Assembly: GCA_030141605.1 (NCBI GenBank)
Contig: JAQGDQ010000018.1
Coordinates: 434,001-498,000, forward strand
Reading direction: 5' to 3'
Source: Tubiluchus corallicola
Taxonomy: Eukaryota > Animalia > Priapulida
Length of the DNA stretch: 64,000 nucleotides
The notes under the pieces were generated by a model. The model had not been told where the DNA came from. It made no database searches and worked only from the letters and a program-made list of their open reading frames with translations. Shown piece by piece: positions 12,401-27,400 of this stretch (position 1 is its first letter; the number at the start of each line of letters is the position of its first letter). The translations under genes and the position numbers were made by a program.

Positions 12401-15400
12401 AGTTTGCTGATTACGCAAGTATTTTCTTCAAGATCAACAGCAAGCTACTGGACACCAACATCATTAATAATGAGCTCAGTACAATTACAACCTCGTTTAT
12501 ATCAATAAATGAGCATTAAATTCAACTAAAACTAAATACATTTTATTCAGAGCTCGTAAAAAACCCATAAATATGAACGGTATTATAAAAATTGATGGTG
12601 ATGAATGTGAAAAAAAATGTTAGGTGTCATCTTAAATGGATACTTCGATTGGAGACCACACTAAAATATGATTCATTGTAAAACTGCTAAAAACATCGGG
12701 TTAACCAGTCAAGTTAAACATTGTTTCACTAAAGAACATCTAATCACTTTTTATAATTGTCTAGTACTGCCATACTTAACTTACTGTAATGTACGTTGGG
12801 AGCACACCTACCCTTCATCTCTACTTAAATTAAACTCTCTACAACATAAGTTCATAAAATTGAGAGCTAATTTGCACAATTTCTTAATCTTTTTAAGAAC
12901 TATTCTATTCTAGTGCTAAATGATCTAATAAATCTGAATACTGCTATTTGCATCTACGAAACCAAACATAAACTACTTCCCGCTTTCTTTTTAAACCCAA
13001 TATCTACTAAAGTAAGATATTACTCAACAAGATCTAATGAATTTCTTATTAAGTATTGCAGGACTGATGCGGCAAGGCACTTCGTCACTAACACTGGCCC
13101 TAGACTTTGGAATAACATCAACGAATACACAAAAAATTCTTTATCTATAAATATCTTCAAAAGAAATTTTAAAAGTGAAATCTTTTCTAATTATATAGAA
13201 TAAATCAATTTGCCTAATTACGCTGCTGTCCCTGTCGCAATCCATCACGTTGCTGGCTATGTCGATTTTTTACATTTCTATAGTTTGCGTTACTTCATAC
13301 ATATACCATCACATCTTTCTCTTTCCTTCTATTCTCTATTAACTTTTCTTTTCTACTCCTTTACCGCTCTTTTCTACTTCACTCAATCCACATTCATTTG
13401 GGATGCTCTGAACAAGTAATTACTTCTTGAATACCCCACAGGTCATTTGCAGCTCAGCATCTTGGGTACATAATAACAAATATGTTATTAAATTCTTTTA
13501 TGTGCTATGCTGTAATGATCATTGTGGATATATTTAATAAATAAATAAAAATAAATAAATAAATACCCATACATACCATAGGGCTGCCGAGAAGGATGAT
13601 ACACATGAATGTCAAATGGTTGTGTAATAGTGCTGGTGACAACTGAGACATCTTTTCCATGCCACTTTTCAGCCTATACAAAAATCACAGTACAAAAATT
13701 ACAGCTAATCAGTCAAGATTTAATCAAAATAAATAAAGATAATTTTTTTAATTTAGATAGTTAACTAATATTCATTTTATTTAAACTTTGCTGCTATCTA
13801 CAATTTTGTTTTATGGTGTCTTAAAATGCCACAAGACATCATGGCAAAAAGTCATGCAAGATTTTGAGTAAAAGAATTTTGAACATAAATGCCAGCTTAT
13901 AAAAATGTCACTGTCAACATAAAATAACAAAATTTTGATGCAGAAAAATACTGAGGTAATCACAGACAAATGACATGTAATCTAATGCATTAACTAAAAA
14001 TTATGTTAATAACAAAACTTCTTTTGAATTCTGTTAAATTTTCCTAAAAGAAAGTTAATTTGGAAAGTCAATCTTCCAGGCACAATCAATGTTGATGTTA
14101 CATTCTGGTGATTTTAATTTAATAAGTCTGAAATTAACTGACTTTAATTGATACCAGTCTGCAATACACACATTTTGAAAAATTCTCTATATTGGCTGAT
14201 GTATATTCTTTACACTACAACTACAATATTATGCAACCATGTTATTTCATGCAATTCTATGTAGCAACGCTGTACCTGCACAATCAAATTTATTCTCCAA
14301 TCGGTCCAGTAAATGTGATTCTCGAAAAGAGTAATGGCAAAAGGATGTGACAGGTATTCGTTGCTTCGAATCACAAGCTGATAATCACTGCCATCATATT
14401 TTGTCGTATGAACAGAATCGGACCTAAAGCAAACGGGATTTCTAAAAATAACACCATACAACACTCTAAAAGCCCAATAATGATGGGTCTTTCTGGATGT
14501 TAGCAAAATGAAATCGTCTATCCTAAAGCAAGCAGCATTATCACAATAGGAAATATTTAACTTGTCAATATTCCATTTACATTTTAGTTGAGTTTATGCT
14601 TTCACTACCTGATTGTTTTTACTTTTCAGAAACAAAAATGTATGAAGTGCCCAAGAAACAATAGTTAACCTATGAGTAACCTCACGTCATAGGATAATGT
14701 CATTAAAACATGGAGAAATGTGAAAAATATTGAACTACAGAATAAAATTAGATTGAATTATAACTTCCTGCAGGAATTCCGATGATTTACTCCTTGAAAG
14801 CAGTAATACCAATGATTTGGTAAAGTTGTAAAGAAAGGCACATTTGGTCACGTTTGTAAAAAAAAATTCCTAACGGACATATAACAGGATTTCTTAGTAA
14901 AACTTATAAAGGACAAAGCACTTGGATTGAACTATTAATATTTTTTAACTTTAAACTATAAGCAGACAATCACAAGAGTTTTACAAATGTTACTAATAGT
15001 TGTTTCACATAGAGCAGTTTAAAACTAAAGAGTTCATTTAATAAAGTAATTTTTGAAAAAAGGAAAGAAAACATTTGTTGAATTAGAAATACTGATACTG
15101 TGAAACCTAATCCCACAAACACTACACATAGTTGCTACTTACTTGTGCCATTCTACCGTACTCTTATATAACCACTAAAAACTTTTACCGTGCATCAATC
15201 CAGTAGATTCTGCTCATCACATAATCCAATGTGAGTCCATTGGGCCAGCCAGCACCTGGTATTTCTCCAACATTATAGACTACTGATCTGTTTTCACCAC
15301 TCATGAAGCAGCGCTCAATTCTGGGATTCTCATTTTCCCAATCAGTCCAAAACAGAAACCTAGAAATAAAAAATGTGCTTTCATAATAGCATAGACCAGT

Positions 15401-18400
15401 TTGGTAACAGTGATAATACTATCAAATACTACTTAAATTTTTTTGATATTATTAAAACATCGAAAATTTAGCAGAAAATTATAAATCTTGCCTACACACA
15501 GACAGTGAAGAAAGTAACCGCCTCCTTGCTCAGAAACTAATGATCTCAGTAATTAAAAATAATTGTCATTTAAGGCTGCACATGCTTAAAATACGTCCAC
15601 TTTCTTCCAGCCTGCAATGAGTTCAGCAAATATCCATAAAACCCTTATAATATCTAATTTAATCTCCATTGCAGTTTCAGACAAAAAATTTCTTAAGTGA
15701 TCATCTTTGATGCAGCTAGAAACAAAAAACTCAAGATTTACTAACTCCTATGTTGTATAGTCTACTACTACTAGCTTCTACTTAAAATGCTCACCCATGT
15801 CGAGGATCAACGGCAATAGCCCTTGGGCTTGTCATTGCTCCAGCAATTAAAGTGGTTCTGTACTGCCCGTCAAACCTCGCCACCTCAATTTGTCCCAGGT
15901 AACTTTCCACCCAGTAAATATTGCGTGCTATCCAATCAACTGCCAATCCTTCTGCCTTGGCTACACCAGTTGTTACTATCGGCTGAATATTCGATACAGC
16001 TAAACAAAAAATATGCATGTTCTATAAAAAGCTTATCAAATAATTGTGGCTTAGTTATTAAAGTTCTGGAAATCTAATTAAAAAATTAAAACACTTTGAA
16101 ACATCAGCTTTATACACACGCCTCCTGTAGTATGAGATTCATGTGTTGGTAAAAACAATATACAATTATGCATACCACTGCTTATAATTTTGCCACGATA
16201 CAGTTTATCGTTGGCAACATCCGTCCAAAAAATGTAGTGTTCCGCGTAGTAATAATCAATCGCAATTGTATTTCTAAGACCAGAAACAAGAGAAATGGGC
16301 TGATCTCGATTTCGTAGTCTGATACGCCGAATCTCATGTCTGTTGGAAAATAGGATGTATGCTACGCTATCATCTGAAAATATACTTAAAATTAAAAACA
16401 CTGAGACATGAGTTAAGTTATAATAAAGACATAAAGTAACTTATTTTACAAGAAGTTTTAATTTATTCTGATTAACAATACTAAAGTCTACATACTTGTA
16501 CTTTTACACGTTTTCATGTCATCCTCCAACTTGTAACCTGGATAGCATTCACATTTGTGTTTGTCTCCTACTTCAACGCATTTCTGACTGCACACGCCAA
16601 AGTGACTGCAAACATCTGCAGCTAGAACATAAACATGCAATGACTTTAAACTTAAAGTAAAAAAAACAATAAATGCAAAGCAAAAACTAAAAATTTACAG
16701 AACAAGTTCACGTTTTATATATAACTAATGATTACTACCATATTATTGTTTGTAGTCTGAAAACACAGCTTATAGGTAACACAGTATCTAATGAATTGAA
16801 ACAGAGTTGCCTACCTGTACAGGTATGTTTGTCATTTGCAAGTCTCATGTTATCTGGGCACAAGCAGCTGTATCCGTCTGGTCGAGGATGGCAATCATGA
16901 CTGCAAGGAGCTTCCCTACATTGATCTTCCACTAAAAATCAAGAAAATTTAGGAACTTTCTCATTTAGTGAATTGCTCACTACCATACTGTGATGCTGAT
17001 CTCGTCATTGTCATTACTATCATTACTGTCGTCATTATCATCACCATCACGATTATCATTATCAACATCATCACCACTAATGCTGTCGTCATCAACACCA
17101 TGTCATCGCTATCATCGTCACGATCACATCATAAACAAAATGTATAAAAGTCCACTTACAACATAAGCCACCCTCATCTGTTCTATCATTGCAGTCAGGT
17201 TTATAATTACAGAGCTGGGTAGCTTCCAAACAGCGCGGTGTAGAAGTCTTCTTGTCACAAATAAAGCCAGGCCAAGGACAGAACTGAACACCGTCATCTA
17301 AAATTAATTACACAAAAAGAGTTTTTACTGAAAGAAAAAAATCATGTGCAATTTTTTCAGACTAATGTGATACTTTTAAAGAAAAATATACTAAAAATTG
17401 AGGAAAAAAATATTCAATACAGTTTACGTTAATCTCTTGGTAACTATAATATTACAGACTTTACAGAAGATAAGTCTCAGACACTAGAATTAATACGAAA
17501 ATCGTTGGTCTAAAATCTCATATAATACCTTACTATGTACCAAAACTCTAACATGTTTAACAATAAATGCAAAACTTATCCTTCAGTTTTTAAGCATAAG
17601 GCAAGTTAAACAACCTATATATTTGGTTAATCAATTGAAAATTTGCTTATGATGATATAACTGGGCATACACACATCTCCCTAGCTACTGAAATTGTTTG
17701 CTCCCCAAATTATCGCGAGTCGCATGACCATGTGGTCGGTCAGGTAGACGTTACCTGGCATGCAATTAAAGCCATTCTAATGTGTAATTCGTGAGTCGAT
17801 TTTTTTTGCAAGTTATAAGTGCTGAAACTCATGGAGACTACACATATGTGTATTGTGTGTGTGTATATATAAAGTTATGATAATATCTTTATTTGCCATA
17901 AAAAATTTTGCCTAAGCTAAGTATAAGTCTATTTTTTTTCTGGTGTAACTGATTAACAAAAGTAGGGCTACTTTGCCCTTATTTTTTGCTTAAATAATGA
18001 TGGAAAATCATGTAACCTTATTTAGTAACTTGATGAATCAAAGTTATATTCTTTGTTAATATTTCATTGTTGTTATTACAGATAAAATGACAATTGCTGT
18101 ATATTAAACAAATTTAGAGTTTAAGAGAATTTAAACATTATACATTAAAGCAACATTACCGCAATCTGATTCATCTAATTTATCTTGACAGTCATTACTA
18201 CCATCACATTTCCATGACACTGGAATACATTTTGTATTGTTGTCACACGTAAATTCTTCGACAGGATCACATGTCCGTGTGATATTGCCTGTGAAAATAC
18301 GAAAAATCTGTCACGACGATAACAACAGTCAATTAGGCCTAATCAGTTACTCTCATTTCAACGGACATGTTCTTCATTCATAACAATAATATACCTCTGA

Positions 18401-21400
18401 ACTGTACTGAATATGATGAAAGAATATAAGGAATAGTAATAGAACAACAAGCAAATCAACACATTCGATTCTAGGCTATTTCTTGCAGTATTCAACAAAG
18501 GATTACATCATTCCTGTAAAAAATAAGTAACAATTTGTTTTCAAATACAAAAGGCTATCCTCCAGTTTTAACAGATAATTGCAAATCTCATTAAACTAGG
18601 TCAAGGTTACTTTAAGAAAATGCAAGACTTACCACAATCGACTTCGTCACTGTTGTCATGGCAATCATTCCTGCCATCACACACCCATCTTTTAAATATG
18701 CAAAGGCTATTGTTACACAGAAACTCATCTTCTGCACAACCGGCAAACACTTTATCTGAAAAAAAAACAAAAATGAAAAACTAAAGAGGCACCATGTAAC
18801 TGTCCACACTGCAAAGGCTCCACATAGTTGTTAAAGCAAGTGAACATAAAGTTACCAGTGTCAAAATACAGAAGCAGAAAGCGTAAATGTTAAGCAGACA
18901 TAAGTAAAGTAAATATAAGACATATAAGACAATAACTAAATAGCTTTAGAAACTTACACTGTTTTGTTACATTCCAGTATTGAAAGCTGAGAGTTTGAAA
19001 ATAACTAAAATGGGATCGGATGAGATGAGGCAAGTTAAACATGAAGGCAAGGACAAAGGTAATCAGAACACATGTAGATAAAAAAACATGAATAAACAAA
19101 AAACTGAAATAGCCAAAGCACAGTCTCAAGCTGTACAGTAAGAAATCAAATACTTTTACCCGCAAACATTGTAGTAATGGTATTAAGTGAAAACGTTTTG
19201 TAATTTGTGTGAGAAATATTGGATTACGAAATAACAAGTAAAATTACTATATGGTGTTTACCACTTCTACATAAATTAAAACACATTTTCACTGGAACAT
19301 ATAAAAAGGAAAGTAAATGCAAACAATTACAAACAATACGTAAATACACAGGGTACGCAGCCCAACACACATACATAGGTGCTTAATATTTTAAAATGTT
19401 GTAAGTATCATTATCAGCCTACAGGCACAGCACACTGAAACTGTTATTTGGCTTTCTATTAAGTTAGTATGTATGATTTAAAATTCTGAAAAGATTGCAA
19501 AACTAACTTGGCCAACATAGTTAAATTGTGGATTTGTAAAAAAGTATAGGTTGTTGGAACAACCCTAGAGAGATGTCAGTATAATCTCATATCAATCACA
19601 AAGATGGTCCTTATTCAGAATGTCAACGATTTGTTCAATGCTAATACCAGTTACACACATGAAACCTCCAGACATTCCAAATTAAACAAATTCAAAATTC
19701 AAAAAGATCCACTCAGATGTGCTGCAGCTTACTTCACTGTAGTAACACACTACTAGCAGTACCCACATAATCAAGAAAAAAACTAAACATACAGAACAGA
19801 TATACCAAAACTAGAAAGCAAAATAACTGGATCATAAAACTACTGAAAATGCTGCAAATGGTATAAACAAAATTTCAAATATTATTTGCAAACTGTGGAA
19901 ACCATACAAATTAAGGCAAACAGTTACTATAAATTCACTGGGATATGTATATATAATAACATAGTTTTAGTTTTGTATATATAGCCCTTTGGCATATTTC
20001 CCTTTATCTATGTGAATTTCCTTGTAAGCAAAATAAAACAAAACACAAAAAGCAGAAAACTAGTAATACATGATACATAGAATAATGCTCACTGTTCAAA
20101 TTAAGATTTAGAATTAAAATAAGCAGCTCTGAATAATAAATATTTTTTTATCCTTTGCTTTTAATGTATGCGATATCTATTTATAAGCACTTAGCATAGC
20201 CTTTACTTAAACATCAATATTTATACAACAATATTCACATTAATGACATGCAATTACAAACATTCGCATATCAACACACTGAAAACCATTTTCCATTCAA
20301 CATGTTTGACCATGCAAAGGTTTTGCTCTTTGTGCCATCATGTTAAACAAAATTCTTTATATATGAGTTCTATTAGACATTTCAAGTGATCCACGTTGAC
20401 ATGAAATATCTTAAAGCTACAAAAAATTTAAGTTTTATAAAAAAATAAAGGCAAAAATGCTATTGCTGGGCAGAAAATGATCACTGAAATTGATTTTGTT
20501 GAAAAAGTAAGGAACGACACTTTGGTTTAACATGAAACTTCCTTGACAGTATGACTGGCAGATTTAGGTTATGAAATACAAAAGAAAAATAAACAACAAT
20601 TTAGGAGAATAAAACTTGCAACATTTAATTTTTAAAAATTTATTACACATTTATTCGGTGCACAAAAAATATATAAGTGCAAAATTAAACAGACACCATG
20701 AATAAATTATTTTAAAAGGCATTTAATGCTTACGTAATTAAATAAAAGAAAGTTCATGCATGGACATTAAGGACAAGTGTGAACACACACACGACTGCAC
20801 ACAAAACATGGATGATACCAGGAGGGAAAGAGACAAGGCAACTCCCAGCTTTGACTAAAGCTGCAATAAAAAATGGCCCTATTGTTAGCATGTTACTATC
20901 AATGTAATGGAAACGAACATGCATTAATTAGTCAATCGAGTGGTGCTACTGCATGACATAATTTTTGTAAATTAATAACACTATGCGGATAACATTGCTC
21001 TCAATGCGGTAATACGAGAAACACGAATTATTTTAGTACTGGAAAATGAATTAGTTTCTAAGACTTTAACTCGTAATAGCTACTTAGAAGTGTCAAAATG
21101 TATTATTCTATAAAAGCACTTTCTGAAACGTATAACCTAAACTATTTCTTAATTAAGCGGTTTAATCATAAATTTACATGCAAATTAGGCAAGTAATATC
21201 TAAAAATTAATTTTTCTGGCATACTCGTTGAATTTGTCAACAATGGAGTAATACACCATTGTCATAAGTAAGACTTACCACAATTTTGTGCTTCATCTGA
21301 TGCGTCATTACAGTCCTGAAATCCATCACACACTAGTTCCAAAGAAATGCATTGTGATGGCAGGTCGCTTTCTCCGCCACAACGGAACATTGTTTCATTG

Positions 21401-24400
21401 TCACAAGCAAGTGAGCAAATCACTTCATTTTCATCGCTGTTGTCACCACAATCATTTCTACCATCACAAACAGTGTACAGTGGCACACAGCGGCCATTTT
21501 GGCATGATAATTCAGTTGGGCTACATGTGCCCACAGCTGTAAATAAACAAGTTAATAATGTAGGCCTATAATAGAAACAAATGATGTATGTGAAACTACA
21601 CAATAACCTGCAACACTTGACAGTCACGCTACTCAGCAAATGATAGCAAAGGAACACGAAGCCTGAAAATCCGGTTTGCAAAGCCAGTTTATGGCAGATT
21701 TCTAAAGCAGCCCCGCTGTTTTGTTTGGGGGGATAGTTAGACACTCAATGCGTGTATGCAGGGACGAAAAGCCGAGTCTCCTTTCTGGTACAGTAAACTT
21801 CTATAGATGCGAGAAGTAGGAACGTTCTGGAACATCATTTTAAAAGTAGGCATTATGTACAGCATTTGCATCACATTTTCCAATACTACAATACAATGCA
21901 AACTATTTTACTGTTTCATAATGAAGCATACCAGTTGATTTGAAAGTTTTTTATTAAACACTATTTTATTTTTATGAAGCTTCTATAGCATCCAGGAGTT
22001 TCCAGCTTGGGAACAATAACGCAAATTATTGAAAGTGGTCTACTTAATTATACTGGCAAAAAATCAGCAAACATTATTGTAGTGCCACTGGATGCATAAG
22101 TACATGAATATGTACTTATACATATGTATAGGCTTATACTAGCTGTTTAAAAACTAATTTCAGTTGGTATTAGAAACGTAGCCTGATTAAATGACAAAAA
22201 AAAGAAATTCCTACTATATTGCTCTCAGACGAAGCCACAAAAAACAAACAATTACCACATATGGTAGGATCCTCATCGGATGTATCGTTTTTGCCACAGT
22301 CAGGTTCCTCGTCACACACCCAAGACTGAGGAATACATCGTCCACTATACTGACATTTGAAGTGACTTGAGATGCAGGTCAGATTTGAACCTGTAATTTA
22401 CACTAATATTAATACTGTGAAAAACAGTCACATTGAAGTAACAGAAGGAAGCAACTAAATGAAACAACTACAAAAATGTAATGATAATATTATTCTCCAA
22501 CTAATGTCTTAAAAGCCAAATTGAAGCAAATGACATAAACAGATTTTGAGTGAGCATAGATTTTGCAGTTAGGAGTAAGGTCACTGATACCTGTAACTCA
22601 CAGTAGTGAAATTCAATTTTTTCAAAATCGTAACTATTTATTTGAGTTTAAACCATAATAAACTTGTGACCTTGATTACTAAAATTACACATAATTAATT
22701 AAATACTTTATTAATTTAACTTACATCAAGAGGAATTGTTTAACTACATTAAATACACTAAAAAATCAAAGCAAGAAACCACAAAAATTGATGCATAAAC
22801 TTACTAAAGAAATGCATTTATATAATCACAATGATATAGTGATAGCAATTTGCCATTGTAACTGTAATGATGATATAGCAGTTAAAATGCAAAAATACCC
22901 ACCTTCACAGTCCATTTCATCATCACCATTTTTGCAATCCATGTCTCCATCACACTTCCAGTGTAAAGGCAAGCAATGTCCATCGCATTTAAACTGGTCC
23001 GAATCACAAGTGTGATTAGCTGTAATCATAGTAAAAAAAGTCGAGATATTAGCAGAGAAAACACTGGAAAAATTCCTACACTCAAGAGCTACTCAACTGC
23101 TAAAATGCTAAACTGAAAATGTGTAATGCGCACCACAAACTCCACCCGGACTCTCATCCTCATCGGAGTTATCACCACAGTCGTTGTTGCCATCACAAAT
23201 AAGCTGTATTGGAATACAGTGTCGGCGATGAGATATTCTTGCAATGCACTCGAATTCAGTCTCTTCACAACGTGATCCTCCATTTGGCTTAACAACTATA
23301 GCTTCAGAGAAAAATAAACAAATTTAAAGAATATCTGGGATAATACTGTCTGTAATATTTAAATCACAAATATTCAAGGTTAAATCACACGCATAACCAA
23401 AATGTTATAAATAAAATTCAACAAAAACACGTCTATCATATTATCTAAAGTGACAAAGTCATGAACATACCAGTGCATGTCTTGTTATCTGGATTAAGAT
23501 CAGAATTATCAGGACAAGCGCACACGATGCCATTAGGAGCAGCTAGGCACAGATGCTGGCATCCACCATTATTGGAACTGCAAGCATTAGAACCTGCAAA
23601 AGGAAACAGCTAGGTGATTGCTTCAAAAATATAAAATACAAAAAATAAAAGGCAAATATTAATTATATTAATAGCAAAATTCTTACCTGTTTGTAATTTT
23701 GGATCATACATACGCAGTTCAAATAAAGATGGGCTTTCCTCTCTAAATATTTCAACAGATTTGTTATTTAGACTCAGCTGCATGATGCTGCCATGCCGAA
23801 ATTCTGTCCACAAGATGAAGTTGTTGTACATGGCTAAGCCATAAGGATGGCTAATTCCATTACCCTTGTAAATTATTTTTCTTGCATACGTATTCAAGTC
23901 AACACTTTCTATAACATCGAGCTGAGCATCACACCAATAAAGCAGCTGAGTTCTATGATCAATAACCAAGCCGTTTGGCCATGTTATGCTTTTCTGTAAA
24001 ATCGAGAAATATTAGATGCAACAAGTTAGGCAAACTATTTATAAACAAATAATTAGCAAAACAGCTTTTATTCATGATTGTTACATAAAGCCAAAATTAT
24101 ATATTAGCAATGCAGAGTTTAGTACATAATAATTATTAGAAGAATTATTTAACATACCTCTACAATGATTTCAGGGTTAGAACCATCCATGTTTGCTTTT
24201 GAAATTTTTGCTCCGTTATTTCTAGCATCTATAGCTTCACTCCAGTCTGACCAGTACAGAAATCTAAAAAAACAAAGAAAAGTAATAAATAACACTTATT
24301 GATAATAATGGACATTTTGTCAATCTCCGTTGACTTTATCGACAAATGTAAAAACTAAGAAATTTAAAAATGAAACAACAGTAGGCAAGATAGCAAATTA

Positions 24401-27400
24401 AATATAAAAATATATAAAAAAATAATAAATAGTGAACACTCAGAAACTTAGTAATGCACTGTTAGTAATAAAGTATTACTCAATTTGCAGTTAGTCAAAG
24501 TGAACAACTACGGAAATCACAATTTACGAAATAAATTGATAAAGCGAAAATACGAGGTCGTTGACTCCAATTACAAGACCTACACTCACCCATTGGCTGG
24601 ATCCACAACAATGGCCCGTGGATGCATAATTCGATAATCAATGTCATTACTAGTGATTATTGTTCGACGAGATTCGACGGGGTTAGCTATTTTTGCAACA
24701 CCTATAGTTTTTGTACCTTCATCTGTCCAATAAATGTTATTTCCCATCCAATCTATTGCAATGCCCTCACAGTTGTACAAACCTGCAATAGAGCCAAGAA
24801 ATACTATGATTCAAGACTTACTCTGACTTTGAACAATATGAGTGGTTTAAATTTAATATTTAACTACGAAAAGTAAAAATAAAGGATTTGCATAATTTTT
24901 ATATGGCTATTTTACGTCTTACTAAAAAGCAAAATAACTACCGAAAGGTAAAAGAATTAAGGGATAAAAGTCAAAGAATTACTACGATTAACAAGATCCA
25001 ATAATAAAAAGCAAAAATAAGTTTACCATCAGTAATAATAAATTCCCGTTTGCTCCCATCTCGCTTTTGTCTTCCTATTCGAAACCGTGTCGCATCAGAG
25101 AAGTATATATACTCTGTTGCTGCATGAAAATCTACTGATGTTGGTCGGCCCAAATCCATTATTGGAACCATTACTTGTTCCTTGCGGTACTTATCAAGTG
25201 AAATACCGCGAATAAGAGATGGGCGTCCTTTGCCATATATGAGAAATTTATCCGGATGTGCCACTAAAAATGTTATTCACTCATATAATTATTCTACAAA
25301 AATTATATAAAAACATGCTTTCAATATTTTACCAATTTATAATAAGTTAATCATTTAGTTGATCATAAGGCACAGAAAATTAGCTCAGAATCTCTGGTTT
25401 AAGCTTACCAGGCAAATTATGCAACTGTTTCCTTTACCCAGTATTGGTCCAGTGACAAAAAACCCAAATCTGGTCCAATAATCAATAATTTCTTTGCAAA
25501 GAATCTGGTTTTATAAAAAGTGTTCATTTTGCGGCTAGTATTTCATTCAATTTATCTTCTTTGTTTTAGCTCACGGTCTATTTGAAAATTGGTTTTCACA
25601 CACATAACAAGTGAGCTTAATTAAAGTTTATTAATTGTTTTAATAATTATATTCATTTTACTAATAGCATTAATAATATTACAAGACCATATAAAGCCAA
25701 GTCTTAAAATACTTTAAACATAAACACAAATTTATAAGCAGAACAAATTTTAGATTTGTCATTTGGAATAAGTTTCAATAGAAATAGCTACAACAGCACT
25801 GTGATGAATTTCGTCATTTTATTGAAGATTGGCATGTGCAAATTTGTAGGTTTGGCGTTTCCTTATGCCATCATCAGCAAAAAGGAAGTCAGCTCTAAAT
25901 GACCAAATATGAAATTCAGTACAATTAGTAAATTGCAATACATACCACCTAGCATGATAAGCACAAAAGTGCAAGTCTATTTGGATAATACACAAAGAAA
26001 CTCACATAGTTACTCAGAATTCATTCATCACCAAAATAAACAAATGTCATTTAAAGTTGTCAAAAGAAAAGTCCAAGTTGTGGCAGCGAAACCAGTAGGA
26101 CGAGAATCAAGAAACTAGACCACAGATTTAAGATAGGAACAGAGGCAAAGAAAAAGAATGTATGTAAGGGAAGGTCTGTCACGTGCAATTAATAGGCTTT
26201 CTTTCACCAAAAACTGGAATTCGGTATTAGCAAAGGAGAGTACTTGGAAACTGAACTACTATTGCTTGACATGTGTCATACACAAAATCATGACAATTCA
26301 ACAATTAATTACAAAAAACTAGATAAGTTATATTTTTTATTTTTATTAGTTCAAAGAAGTATGTACAATAAGCTTAATATCATCAAAAACAGTTCTTGTA
26401 CACTTACGGACACATTTTTTGCCATTATTCTGCATTGTATATCCTGCGCTACACCGGCAAGTAACAAGTGGCTCATTTATTGAGTTGTTATACGTTGTGA
26501 AGCACAAATGTTCACATCCACCATTATTGTACATACAGGTATGCGTACCTGTCAGTTCAAAAAAAGAATAAACAACATATTATACTATTGCAATGTACAG
26601 CATTAGAATCATTAATGTAGTCTTCTCTAAAATGAAACCTTCTCTAAATGACAAATAATACATCTTAGTAATGAAAGAAGTATAGCAATTTGGCTTTTTC
26701 TTATAAAATTTAGTACAAAAAACACGAAAAATTCGAACTGCATTTTTATTACTTACACGACACAACTAACGCATAGTTTTCATCTGCTACGTAAATATTT
26801 TTAAAAAAATTATCCGATAATCTAACAATTATCAGTGTTTTGCATGAAATACTTATTTACAACACAATACATTCAATATAGTTACAGTGTTCAGCAGTGT
26901 ATATAAAGGCTGAAGACGCAACAGTAAGGCTTACTTACGTAGATGGTTATGGCAGGATCAGATTATCCTCAGCTCACATACTTAGTAAAGAAAATCTTGT
27001 GTCAAAAGCGACACTGAATAAGCAGAATGCTTAGTCACCGTCAGTTGCACATACATCCTTTTTCAATGAGAGAAACAGACGGACGTAGTATGACATAAAA
27101 ATGCTCAAAAGCACTTTTCCTGACAACCAACCATCAACTCATTTACTAACTAGGGTTCGGCACTGCTTAACTTTTCAGCCAGCACTCAACTACTCACCTC
27201 ACACAAACAAGAGAAAGCTACCATGACAACTTTGACAACTAAAACACTGAGATTCATGTTTCGTGCTTAAACTGTGTATAAACATCAAGATTCATGCGGA
27301 AACATTAGAAGTTTGTGTTGTTAGTTTAATTACTAACTTATAAAATGATTATAAGCTTCTTCCAAAAGAGACTTGTTAATGTACTGTTTACTTTCGCTGT

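Noticed and set aside
12668-13203. Two plus-strand ORFs as host genes
   Set aside because: Fragments of the decayed LINE ORF2
19262-19736. 5-nt (AAGTG) and 4-nt (TGAA) AG-GT segments as micro-exons
   Set aside because: Each shifts the frame; such pairs arise by chance in AT-rich introns and I have no further support
26939-26980. 42-nt AG-GT segment
   Set aside because: In-frame TGA, weak acceptor, and located next to repeat-like sequence
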